64,000 nucleotides of DNA, from the NCBI GenBank assembly GCA_038496445.1, contig JALMLS010000208.1, positions 124,001-188,000 on the forward strand, written 5' to 3'. Both the position numbers and the translations under genes were made by a program. Source of the stretch: Trichosphaerium sp. ATCC 40318 (Eukaryota; Protista; Tubulinea). Shown here in pieces: positions 1 to 12,400 of the stretch; position 1 is the first letter of the stretch; every line of letters starts with the position of its first letter. Below the pieces are notes generated by a model. It saw only the letters and a program-made list of their open reading frames with translations. It was not told where the DNA came from and ran no database searches.

Positions 1-1191
1 GGAAGGAGTAAATGAGCGTGCGCACCTTTTGTTTCTTTTTTGATACGGGTATAACACTTTTGTTACCAAAAAAGTCTTCCATTACTTGAGCTTGTTTAGT
101 TTTTCCATGCCATGGAAATTCGTCTTCTTTACTTTTGTATCCGTGATCTTTGCGCAAATGTTTGAGCTGGTTGGAAGTGGTGCCATGTTGAGGAGGAACA
201 AATGTCTGACAAAACACACATCTATTGTCTGTGTAGTACTTGTGAACATTGGATCTTTGCTTGTAGTGCCTTTTTTGGTGCACGATGTTGCTTGCCTGAA
301 GTTGCATTTTGGTGTTCTAAAAATATTCAAATATACAACAGAAAGATTCAAATTCGCTATTTTTGGCGTGTATTCAAATATTCAAATTCAAATATTCAGA
401 GTTTGAGAACGTTACTGAAGTATCTCCATGTAAAAAGTAAGTTCTGTCTCTAAAACTTCTGTAGTGGTAACACATAACTACAGCAAGCTGTATGGACCTC
501 TGATTCAATAAAATACCAAGCAAGAGTGAGTATTTTGACATTTTCATTTAAATATTATGTTCATCAACTTCTATGAAAAAGTAACCTCCGTGTTTTGATA
601 CCTAAATTATCAAATACTCTATAACTGCTGATAGGTAGACAATGGTTTATTGAGCACCTGTCTCCAAAAGGAAAGATTTGAAAAAGGTATCTGTGGGTTA
701 GAATGATTGTTCAAAACAATGACCAATTTACAGCAATCAGGTATAGAGACTGGTGATGATAGCTTTATGTGGAACACTAAAAGTGATAAAAAATGCATGA
801 TACGACATAATGTAATCCTTAATCACTACAGTGTTCAAGAATTACCTGCAAAACATGGTGGTGTTAGAGGAGAAGAATATGATCCCAGGCAGAAAAAACT
901 CGTTTTTGGATTCAATGAAATAGTTGATTGAAGTACACTATTAATTACCAGCAAGTTCTGGTGCAACCAAATTGTAGACACAAATGTGCTCTGAAGCATA
1001 CCCAAAATTTGGCCAAAAATAACGTTTTTGAGGTGTGCTAGACTTTTTTTGAAAGTGTGAACTGCTTACAAAAATCGTCCCTATTCCAGGTCAATTCCTA
1101 TGTTCGTAAACTGCGTAAAAAAACTGTGGTAAAACTAGACAGAAATTTCCAGTTTGTTAATAGTGCGGTTACAACTACCTACAGCTGCATT

Positions 1192-1518
1192 ATGTCAATC
1201 CAACTACCAGATACCGAGTATCAAAGGTTTGTGGCCCCAATATCATTATATCCAACGTTTAACATTCCACACACGCAAATACTAAAAGTACTTTCAGGTG
1301 TACATACCATTGATCTTAGTTGTTGTGTTAATATTACAGATAAAGGTTTAAAATCGCTATCAGGAGTTCGTTCTATCAGTCTCTGTGATTGCAAAAATGT
1401 TAGAGATGAAGGTTTAAGGTCACTTTCAGGTGTTCATACCATCGATCTCAGTTATTGTAATTGTATTACAGCTAAGGTCATGTTATATTCATCAATCATC
1501 ATTTGTTTTCACGAATAA
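1192..1518 (+). pseudogene. Truncated paralog of the F-box/LRR gene at 46328-47577; F-box missing, about 3 LRRs left
   Basis: MSIQLPDTEYQR and the following intron-like sequence match the 5' end of the 47577 gene. The sequence then jumps straight to LSGVHTIDLSxCxxITDxGLK repeats and stops early. Confidence 0.7.
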
Positions 1519-1911
1519 AGGATAATGATAATTTTGGCTTGAATTGACTTCTTTCATTGCAACAAATCCAGAAAGCAATCTGCTTACATATCTAGTTATG
1601 GAACAAGTCCAATTCTTGTTAACATAGATGCTAAGAAGTTGCTTGCTTCATTGTTGATAATTAATAAAATTTATGCTGTCATCTGCTGCATGAGTGTTTG
1701 AGATTTTCACAAATTCTTTTTAGCTATCAAATACAGATCAATTCACTACCATTCGTACTATATAAGTTAATATAATGCATCCGAATAAACAGGTGGATTA
1801 GCTTTGATTCTGCCCAAAAACAACAGACAAAATAAACAAAGAGCCTCCTCTTATTTATAAATTCTTTATTATGTACATTGTTACATCATTTGGCTGAGTA
1901 TGATCAACTAG

Positions 1912-4744
1912 TTAATCACCACCCACAGGTACAAATCGTAGAGATAGGTATGCGAGAACACGGTAGAATACAAGCATGCCAAGTAAAACTACTACATCAA
2001 TCCAAATGGCATGACCATCAAAGTTTAGAGATTCAAGTGCTTCAGCTCCAGTCTTTATACCAGGACAAGGTAAAAAACAAGCCTCAGCAGTACTATTAGC
2101 CATTGTAGGAGCGGTTGTTGTGTTTAATCCAACGCCACATACATCTGCACAAGGAATTTGTGGGCAATCAAAAACAAGACCATCATAGTCATTGTTTAGA
2201 AGTGCTCTAAAAGCATACTTGTATGGAGATGCATATTCGAGCGGTCTAAATGTTATTGTGAGTATGATTGTTTAAAGCTAGAATAAACGTGGTGTTGCAT
2301 GACATACTTGTAAAATGAAGGAACGTTGTCAGTGTTCAAGAAAAAACCACCAAATGACATGAAAAGCAAAAATATGAGCGTCACCCATAATGTTGCCATT
2401 GCTGGTTGTATTGAGAATGATCCAACAAACAAAGAAGCCTATAATTATCAGTACGCATGAAAAAAAAAGCATAATACGCACTGCTTGGATAACAAGAAGG
2501 CAGAGAAACATGATGCCAGTGAAGATGAGGAACCTTGTAAATGATCCATTAAGTCCCATCTAGTTTCGTTTAAGTTAGATTCCTTTCACTTGGTAGGCAA
2601 GGTACATACCAACCAGTATGTAATAGCGGAATCCATGATAGCATAGAAAAATTGGAAAGGAAAGTCGGCGAGAGTTGACGCAAAGTAGTAAGGTAATACA
2701 CGATACATTCCGCTTGATCTTTCACGATTAAAAATTGGTCGTTCAACAGGAACTAGAACACGAGTTAGTTTGCTTGATTGTGCCCTCTGGTTCGTACAAA
2801 CAAAGCCTGCAGTGAAAGCAGGTATGGAAGTTACTGTGAGGAGTACGTAGAATATACCAGATCCTCTATCGATTATTGTTTCTTGGTTTTTGTCAAGTCT
2901 TAGGTACATCAATCCGATGAAGAAAGAGAAGAATATATGTTGAGACAATTGAGCCCACAGAATTGTTGGGTTACGTAAGTTGTTTCTCCATTGCCTGTTG
3001 GTTTATTTATTAGTTTACCACGTGATAGTTAATCGTTTTTTTCAGAAAAGCGTACTTGAGTAGGAGGTATTTGAACTGTGTTCTTGTTGATGCTTCATCT
3101 CTTACAGCGCTCTTTTTATTAAGTTTTGGAGGTAACGGCTTAACTGCTTTAAGACTTTTACTGAATTCTTTAGAATTATGACACTCTTGCGTAACTACCA
3201 ACATTGTCAGTCGAAAGAACATGGACAATAATAAACGTACTTTGAGGGAGTGACTTTGCTTCTTTGTTCTTTGATGAAGACGGAAGTGATCCAGCTACTA
3301 AGTCAACTAATTCGTTCGGATAAGCGAAAGGATTTTTCGTTACTGCTGAACTGCTATTGTAACGTACTGACATAATCTGCTACATTTGAGTATTGAGGGC
3401 ATTCGTGGCCCATACGCTTAAAGAAAGGAACAACTTTGTTTACCTTGCCGTAGTACATCATATCGCCTAAGAAAGAAATGAGAATGTCATGAGAGATATG
3501 TGGTTTCTTTACCATTGTGTAACAAGAGTAGCTTATCAAATAGCTTAAAAAGATGTTGACGTGGTTGATGAATAGTACATATAACAGTACGCCCGCTATC
3601 AGCTAACCGACGGAGTAGCTTACCAATCTCAAAGCTGTTTTAAAGTTAGTTATCTATCGAGCATGAACATGTCAAAGTACATACGCTGTAGAGCTATCAA
3701 GTCCTGAAGTAGGTTCATCAAGTACAAAAACACTTGGTGTTGTTATAAGTTCTGTACCAACAGCGGCACGTTTTCGTTCTCCTAAGTGATTAATGAGAAA
3801 CGGGAACTTTGGGAAACCGAGGTTTAGAATGCAGTAAGAATAATGCTGTTAAAACCGTAAGTGTACCTCCAGATACACCACGAATAAATTCATCTCCGAT
3901 TAGGGTATTAGCGCATTTATTGACACCCAGTTCGTCTATGATTAACTCGACCTAACACAACGAATAAGTTAGCAAAAGAAATCGACTAAACTTCGTTTTA
4001 TTGCATACCCTATCTTTCTTTTCAGCTGCTGACATAGTTCTAGGGAGTTGAAGGAATGCAGCGTAAGTAAGTGTTTCCTTTACAGTAGCTGTAGCAAGCA
4101 TCAAATCATCCTGTTTTACGTATCCGTAAACTTTTTTAAACAGTTTCTTTACATCCATTAACGGTGTTCCATTAACTAGAACCTCGCCTATAAAGTGTGA
4201 CTAATACAAACAAATATGATTGTATCTACTATCAAACGTACCGGTAGTGCTACCTGTATTCGTTCTACCAGTTATAACGTCCAGAAAAGTTGATTTTCCG
4301 GAACCTATGAGAATTACTTAGAATGTTTTTTTCATTTGTTTGTCAAGATCTTGGCTTTCTGAGTTCGAACCTGATGGACCCATAACGGCTATAAGTTCTC
4401 CAGGGTTAAAAGTAGCAGATACATTCTTTAGAATAACTTTATCTGTCATTACAGTCTTGATACCCCATTTTTTTTTCGATTTATCTAAACAGTAAATCAA
4501 ACCGACTTCAATGTGATTAAAGCCATACCCTTATCATCTCTCAACGGAGCTCGAACTTGGTAGTACAAGTTTTTAACTTGAATACAGACAGGGCTCTTCG
4601 GTGGATCGATATATGACTTCATTTCTTCGTCAGTTTTTTTCATATCAACGACGATAGTCTCAACTTCATTGCTGCTTGTCTATCCACAAAAATCGTGAGT
4701 TTGGAGTTTAACTAGTATAGCAGATGTACGTCAGTTGTTGCCAT
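1912..4744 (-). CDS. ABCG (White-type) half ABC transporter, multi-exon
   Basis: Walker A GPSGSGKST, GYVKQDD Q-loop, SGGERKR signature, [10 protein letters not shown] and TIHQPR, followed by the TMD ([15 protein letters not shown]...). GT-AG introns join the exons. Confidence 0.93.
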
Positions 4745-5291
4745 TGTTGTTTCCTTCAATTTAAATATCGGAAGGCAAAATACCCGAGTTTCTTAGGGTG
4801 TCGTATGTTCAATTTGGCCGAGAGAAAACTCGCATATTTTTAAAAAAAAATTCTGCGCAACTTTCTCCGCTCTTTCATGAATAATCATGTCGTCTTATTG
4901 TAGTGATACATTATCAAACGAAAAAAGACTCAAGGATGGTTTTTGTGAATATATAGCAAACTTCATGTGTACAGAGACTCCTTTTCCTCACCTTAAGAAT
5001 GTTGTTTGAATACACCAACTGTAGGGAAGTGGTCTTGACCGCCTTTGGCGTAGTTGTACGTCAGACTTCCTGTATAACGCCAAAACGCGTATTATTATAT
5101 TCGTCATGAACATACTGTCTGGAGACAGACGATACTGCTTATCGCAATAGCCATATTGTCACATGTTTGGTTCTGTCTTTTTTTTCTCCCGAATTTGTAT
5201 CTTCACGAGTGGATTATGACCTACGCACCCCAAAATCTTAACAGTCAAACTTTTTATTTGATGTTTGTAAACCGTTACGATTATGTCACCA

Positions 5292-6107
5292 TCAGGTATT
5301 AGATTTTAAGTTTGCTTTGCTCATAATCAAATCACACATCACGTGACATTTTTTCTTTTTTTCTTTGTTCATCTCTTCGATTCTTATCTTCCTTAGATAC
5401 CTTCCAAGTGCTATAAATGGTTCACGACAACCTTTATCATTAAGAGCTGATGTTTCAAAGTAAAGACAACCTAATGCATCAGCCATTTCTTTGGCTTCTT
5501 CCACAGAAACACAACGTTCTTGTTTCAAATCTTTTTTTGTAGCAACAATAGCGAACTTAACATCGCGTGTTTTGCGCGTCTCGTTCTCTCTAGACAAGAA
5601 AAAATACTATAAATACAAGTCCATTACATAGTAATAAATATGGCAACCAACACCCCACGTGTTGTTGGGACGTACAAATCAAAGAAAGTCGAAAATGTAA
5701 AAAAATCGAAGAAAAAAAACTGTTTTGTGCTCTCACCTCGTTACAAACGCATGATAATCAGGTATTTTCTCAAAGCTATCTCTATCAACCATAGAGAACG
5801 CAATAATGCATGATTGAAGGTCAAGATAATGCCTTCCTCCTAGTTCATGATTATCGCCGTAATCAAGCACTTCAATAAGCCCTGGCTCTTCTCCTTGTAT
5901 AATAACTTGTTTGCGATAGCTCTCATGTAGCGTTGGGTCCGTTTCAGGAAAATAATCTTCTTTTATAAATCTAAACGCCAGAGCTGTTTTACCTACGCCC
6001 ATAGAACCGGCTATAAGCACTTTGTATACCTAACGGTATTTTTTAAGTTTTGCACGGTAATCAACGTTAAAAAACCGTACAAGATCTCTGTCGTTATAGT
6101 TGTTCAT
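5292..6107 (-). CDS. Ras-family small GTPase, divergent, 3 exons
   Basis: GSMGVGKT P-loop, DPTLHESYRKQ effector loop, TKKD, ETSAL, and a polybasic KKKKKCHVM near the C-terminus. Confidence 0.85.
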
Positions 6108-6442
6108 AATTGTAACAAATGAGGCTCGTATCGAGCAGTATTTGACTGAATGTAACAATAGTCAATACAATCAGTTTTAAACGCTTTTGCGAACCTGAGT
6201 AAGCCGCCGCTGGTGCTAATCTAGGCACATAGTAAACTGTTATTTGTCAACTAAGTTCTTGTAAATCACGTGGTAAAAAGCTTCAAAACAACCATTTTAT
6301 CTTTGAAAACGTATCGGTTAACGACAACAAAAGATAATATCGAACCAAGTACAAATACTAGGACACAAACTGTTGATTTACAACCATTCTAGGCACACAA
6401 CTTTCTTAATCAAACTGAGATTTATTCTGTGAGAATGAATGC

Positions 6443-8389
6443 TTAATTTTCAGGTTTCATCCATGGTCTCCATGCATGGTATGGTTCCGACACGTGGCCC
6501 AAAGGGCATTTACTACAAAAGTAATCTTGCCCTTGGTATGGTTTAACAAATTGCATTGGAGCCACCATCCCAGATGCGTAGTAATTCAATCTATCAGTGA
6601 GCTCAGCAACCTTTTCAGGGTTGGCAGCTGATACATCATTTTTTTCATTTGGATCTTTGTCAAGGTCGAACAAGTACACGTGACCCAAAGTTGTCTTATT
6701 AGCGTTATCATAGCATTCGCTAAGAAGTTTCCAATTACCGATACGAATAGCTGCCTGTCAAAAACAGTCAGAACGAAAACAGACTAAAGTGTTTCTTCGT
6801 GCCTTTGGTTTTACGGCCATCCCTTTAGAACATAAAGGATTGATGTTGTATAGAATTTCAGTTCTTGGAGATGGTGTTCCTTTGGTTAGGGATTCCCAGA
6901 TATCAAATCCTAAGTAGTGTCAGGAGGTAGACACGAAACAAAATCAGCAATTACCATCTAGTTCTTTGTTTTTGGATAATGATCCGCCGACCAAGTTAAC
7001 AAGCGTTGGCAACCAATCTGTCACATGGTATAGTTCGTGAGAGATAGTACCTGGGTTTGGTAGAAGAGGCGAGTACAAAAACGCAGGTACATGCGTTCCA
7101 CCCTTAGAATACATTTTAGTATAAACCAACATCTCAACAACTTGCCTCCCAAAGCTCCGTTTTCGCACCACGTAGTGGATAATTTCTTATCTCTGCTGTT
7201 TGCCCTGCAGGAGGGGCACCATTGTCGCTCGTGAAAATAATCTGACAAATGTGTTAGTAACAAAGCAAGCGAGTCTATTTTGTTTACAATTGTATTTTTC
7301 ATGAGGTCGAGCTTCTCAAGTGCAGTGTGTACGTCCCCAATCATGTCGTCCATACAAGAAATCATCCCAAGGAGTATCTTAGCATTTCCTACAGCGTTAG
7401 GATAGAGATCTATCACGCAAGTTAATTAACAAATCCGTAGTGGGTATCGGACCTTGGTACTTCTGATCCACTTGGAGGGGTAAATGCACGTTTTGGAACG
7501 GAAGGTACAAGAAAAATGGATCTTCATCTTTCGCACGTTCCTCTAGATATTCTACAGCTCTATCACGAATAATATAGGCACTATATGTTCCGTTTGCTGT
7601 AATATCGATAGTGTTGTTGGTGCTCCAATCGTAGCCAACGTATTTATTCTTGTTAGTGCCATGATCTAGTTTTTATTAGTTAGTACTAGAGGAGAAACAA
7701 AACCTCAAACCTGAGCATGCCGCTGCCTCGTGTTTATAGTATGAACCACATCCTTGATAGTAACCCACTTGTGAGTCGAATCCTCGCGAATTAGGGACAT
7801 AATCAGACGTGTACATTCCCAAGTGCCACTGAGTATTAGCGTTAAACAAAGATCATCACCAAACGAGGGAAAATCTATATAAAACAAAAAACACGTGCCT
7901 TTCCGAACAGTGCAGTTTTGTAGCCGGCTTCTTTCAAGTTTTCTGACAGAAATACTTCGCTCTTATCAATACCCCATGGTGTGTCCCAGTATATCACGTT
8001 AGCTTGAGTGCCCAATCTAATAGGATAACGCCCTAAAAGTAAAAGAGTTTACAAACTAGTTCAAAAAAAAAGGCCTAGTCTTTCGTTTGGAAAGGAATTC
8101 TATGCTTACCTGTCATCAAGGCGCTTCTCGTGGGACTACATATAGGTTGAACGTAGTAATTTTTAAGTTGTATACCCCCTTTTGCGAGTAAATCGATATT
8201 TGGCGTTACGAGACTTCTAGTAGAGTTTTGGTATCCCAACTCGTTCCATCCAAGATCATCCTAATGTTCTTTTAATGTTAATCGTGGTAACTTGGTACGT
8301 ACGGCAACAATAAATACAATGTTCGGTTTAGCGGTTAATACAGTAGCTACAAAGATAGCAGTTAACGCAAAGTACTTCAGATACCCCAT
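6443..8389 (-). CDS. Secreted arylsulfatase (ARSB/I/J-like, sulfatase S1)
   Basis: Signal peptide, KPNIVFIVADDLG, CSPTRSALMTGRYP (formylglycine motif), GKWHLG, HVTDWLPTL, LFDLDKDPNE. Confidence 0.93.
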
Positions 8390-8856
8390 TGATGCGTGTC
8401 CACGTGGAAACAGTCAGCGTTTTTTTGTTTGATGAAATTTCTTTCTACTTTTTTTCATAACCCAACTGTTGATGACATACATTTTAATATTCAGTCTGAG
8501 GCCTTGGTGCGTTGTTGTAGAAATGTCGTTTTTCTATTTGGGCAGAAGACTTTTCAGAGGAGTTTTTTTTTTGAAAGCGAAATCATGTGTTTGAAACAAC
8601 AAATGTTGGGCACAAGTTACCTTGTATTTCAAAGTGTAACGTGCGTAGGAATGTAAACATAGTTTCCCGTTACCTTATGAGGTTTGCTGACACCAGTCTG
8701 GTAAAAATGACGATACATACACCGCGATATGGTATCAAATCAATGCGAAAAACAAACCTCATCGTATGTTGTATTGTTTATTGTTTGTGAAGTTCGAACA
8801 GAGCCAAACACGAAGTTAGTGAGAGAGCGCAACTCAGTAACGTGCTCTAAAACAAT

Positions 8857-8913
8857 ACGAACCTTGTGAGATTCGAGCTCACGACCTTCAGTTTTAGACT
8901 GATGCTCTAAACT
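8857..8913 (-). pseudogene. 5'-truncated tRNA-like relic
   Basis: The reverse complement shows a D-arm remnant (tagagc), stem tcagt/actga with a 5-nt loop, and T-arm gtgag-ctcgaat-ctcac with TTC changed to CTC. The 5' acceptor strand is absent. Confidence 0.5.
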
Positions 8914-8929
8914 TCATAAAGACCAAGTT

Positions 8930-9113
8930 TAGATTGGACTGACATTGCCAACACAACCAAGGGCACTCAGGGAGGAAAGACACTCACTCTTTGGTGGATC
9001 TGGTGTAGCCACACGAGCGGATTTATTCTACCCTTTAGACTCGTGTGATATGTAATGTTGAAAGAAAAAGGAAAACAATAGAAATGTTTACAAAAAGAAA
9101 CAGTATTTTAGGG
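8930..9113 (+). repeat. Dispersed repeat, copy A (related to 41752-41851 and 42797-42968)
   Basis: Shared aagggcactc..ggaaaga..tttggtgg..gtagccaca..ggattta..ttagactcgtgtgatatg.aatgttgaaagaaaaaggaaaacaa. Confidence 0.8.
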
Positions 9114-9450
9114 GTAGCCTAGTCCAACCAATGTGATCATAATTGATTCAACACGTGAACAAAAAAAAAAAAAAGTAATGTCACGTGACTACTCAAACAA
9201 AGTATGCTTAAGCAAGCCGTCTTACATGATTTATCATATTAGCGTTCTTTGTGGTACATACAGACTGCTCTGAAAAAACCAATTGTGGTCACTCACTGAG
9301 TACTTTTAAATGCAAGTATTTAGTTTTTGAACGAAACGTGTTTTAGGTTTTGTTTACTATGTTACATTGGTGTGTAAAAAAAGTCCATAAAAAAGAACAG
9401 TAACAACTGCTTACATGCAGTACATCATTTTCATATTTTTTTGTTGGTTT

Positions 9451-12400
9451 TTAAAACGGATCTGCCTCGGGTAAATGACCAGAAACGTGTTTGAAACGTT
9501 TTTTGAATGAAGGACTAAGAATTAAACCTCCTGGATTTAGCTGTTCTCTTAGTTGTTTTAAGTAGCCTACAATAACCTCTCCTGTCCATGTAGGTCCGCA
9601 TGCAAGCATAAGACGTCTTAATTCGCCAAAATCAACAACAACAATGAGTTCTTTAATGTATAGTTAGTTGAAGACTGAAACTTTCGACAAAAAAATTCAA
9701 ACAAGTGTTACGTACTTATTGACTTCCCGAGTTCGTTTCTTATACTTTGAGCACATAGCCATGCTTGTTTAGGTTCATCTTCACTAAAAACTACTTGGTA
9801 TCCGTGTCCTTAACAAAACATAAGCAACATAAAAACAAAAACAAGAAAATAATAGGATAAAAAAACGTACCCAGATGTGTTATAACTGTGCCATTGTGTT
9901 GACTCACAATAAGCGCTATGGCTTCATCAAGCTTTAATTCAAATTCCGTAGCAGCGCCTACAAAGAATATTAATGTCAAGGAAGCCTATATAATGGAAAG
10001 AAAGCAAAACTTCAAAAATTTTGATTGCTTTTTTTTTCACTTCAGAAAACGTACTGGCTCCCTCTGTCTTTCGTATTTCTGGTAAACTCAAGTAAACAAT
10101 ACTCAATATAATCTTAAAAGATGTTTCTATTGTTCCACTAGCCAAAGAGTACGAAGTACCTTAAAAATCACGTGAGAACCTTTTTCTTTTTGCATCAAAA
10201 ACAACAAACAAGTTGTTTCTTCTTTTTGTTGAATGATGAATATTTAGTTCAGTACCTTGTACGCTACGAGTATCTAATAAAGGAGATAGACGCATACATA
10301 AAGTATTTACTTCCTCAGGCTTCATAAGTTCTCCACCACAAATACCTAAAAGAAAGTAAGCTTCTTATAATGAATACAATGAAAAAAAATAGTCTTACCT
10401 GTTCCAGAAGGTCTGTACAGTTTGTATCCCTGTCGTTCATCACTATGAGGATTTCCAATTATAAATTCATTTCCTGGAGCACCAATAGTCTGAAAAAAAA
10501 TACATTAGCACGAAAGTGAGGCCAAAAAAAAACTTAAGTAGATTGACAGTTTACTTACCTTGTGGTGCTTCTCCTCAAGTATTACAACAGTAAAGTTCTC
10601 TTTAACGTTGATCTCTCTTCCTTGTGTAATATGTGCATGATTCTTTCTTATCCATCCACGTAGACGAGCAACATCTGCAGGAGAATGGACAAAGTAAGTA
10701 TACTTGCATTTATTCCTCAGATTTTTTGTGATATTTCTCAAAAAAACTTCATCCTTCTGTCCAACAATTTGCGGTGCGATAATCCACACCTAATATTCCG
10801 AGGTTAGTTCAAAAAAAGTATTGAAAAAAAAATATCACGTGATCTGTGTAAATATAAAGCAAACGAAAAAAATTAAATATTAACAAACACGTGGTTGTTG
10901 GGGAGAAATTATTGGTTTTTGTTTGCAAAACTTACTTGTTCAAAGTTGGAGTTTCCTTCCCACTGCGCAATATCATCAAGATTTTTATCCCATAATTGCT
11001 CAAGTGGACCAGACCATGTTCCATACAACTAACCATGATGAGTATATGTCAAAGTTCTAATAAAAGAGCAAAAGAGAAATAGTTCACACAAGAAAAAAAA
11101 AAGCACAGATTTCCGTTTACGTACTCTCTCGACAATAGTCCAGTATTTGAAGATAAGTCCACTGAAGGTATTTGCAAGTTGTGCACGCAAAGCGACACTA
11201 CTAGATAGAACCATATTTTGTTCCTCACGTTCTATAACAGGCAAGGTCAGCGACAGCATAGATTTCAAAAAAAGTTCTTACCAAACTTTGAAGAATACAG
11301 TACTGCTCTGTAAGCCCAGTGTCCTTTCTTTTCAAAGACTGATGCTGAACCAATCTTGAGGTTTACTGATGCGCAATCCTATTATCAAATTAAGCACTTG
11401 TCCGGACAATTAAAAGACAAACAACAACAAAATGGTTCAAAAAAAAATAAAGTCAATACCTCTATCAAAGAAGCCATTTTATATGGTTCTTCAACCTCAC
11501 CAGTACGTTTTTCTAAATCAAATGCAATTTGTATTTTAAAAGGATCAGTAGGCGCCATCTCAAATCCGACTTCATTGGCAGTTACACTTGTAGCTAGAAC
11601 AAGAAATTAGTACAAAAAAAAACTGAAAGAAAAAAAAAGATATCCAAGTCGTACATGATATGTTTTGAACTAAATACGAATATGTATCGCCACCTTCGAT
11701 AACAGCAACAACTTCTTCAAGTTGAACAACTAAACCTTCTTCTTCTTTGATCTACAGGCTCATTAAACATCAAAATTTACACTTTTCTCAAATATTTCTA
11801 ATGTTTTGAATTTTCCAGAAAGTGTCAGAACCGTACCTCCTCTAAAATATGGTGTAATGGTGCTCTTGATTGTGCAAGGCTAGAAAATCGAAGAGTAGAA
11901 AAGAATTCAAAACTCTCAACACCATTCTAGTAGAGTTTAATAAAAAACAGCTTCAAAACTATTACAACGTACTATTAGTGGCGTAGTGCTCTGGTATGTG
12001 TTATATTTTTGTCTCCGTTGTGGACCCTCAGTAGTGTGTGATAAAAATGTTATCTTACACGGTACAGAGTGCTTACTCTCTTAAAAGGAGGTTAGAGTTT
12101 TGTAATTGTTTTCGAAAAAATACAAAAAAAAAACAAGATAAAAAGAGAGTCGTACCGAAATGCTTGACGAGTTCAAATACTTTTCCAACTCGGGCACCAT
12201 TAATATGAATATGGAAGGTTCTATGATCAAAAAGTAAGCAAACAAAGGAAAAGAAACAAAGCAAATAAGAAGTGAAGAAAACGTCAAAAAAAAATTGAAA
12301 AAAAAAGAAACAAAGAAGAATAACGAGCTATGTCGATTAAAAAAAAATCGCTTGAATTCTTACCCAGACTTTCTGAAAAATCCAGGAGGCGTATCTGCTG

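Noticed and set aside
82-960. Short ORFs at the window start, and similar ones at 17450-18200
   Set aside because: No recognisable motifs. Possibly decayed sequence, but unsupported.
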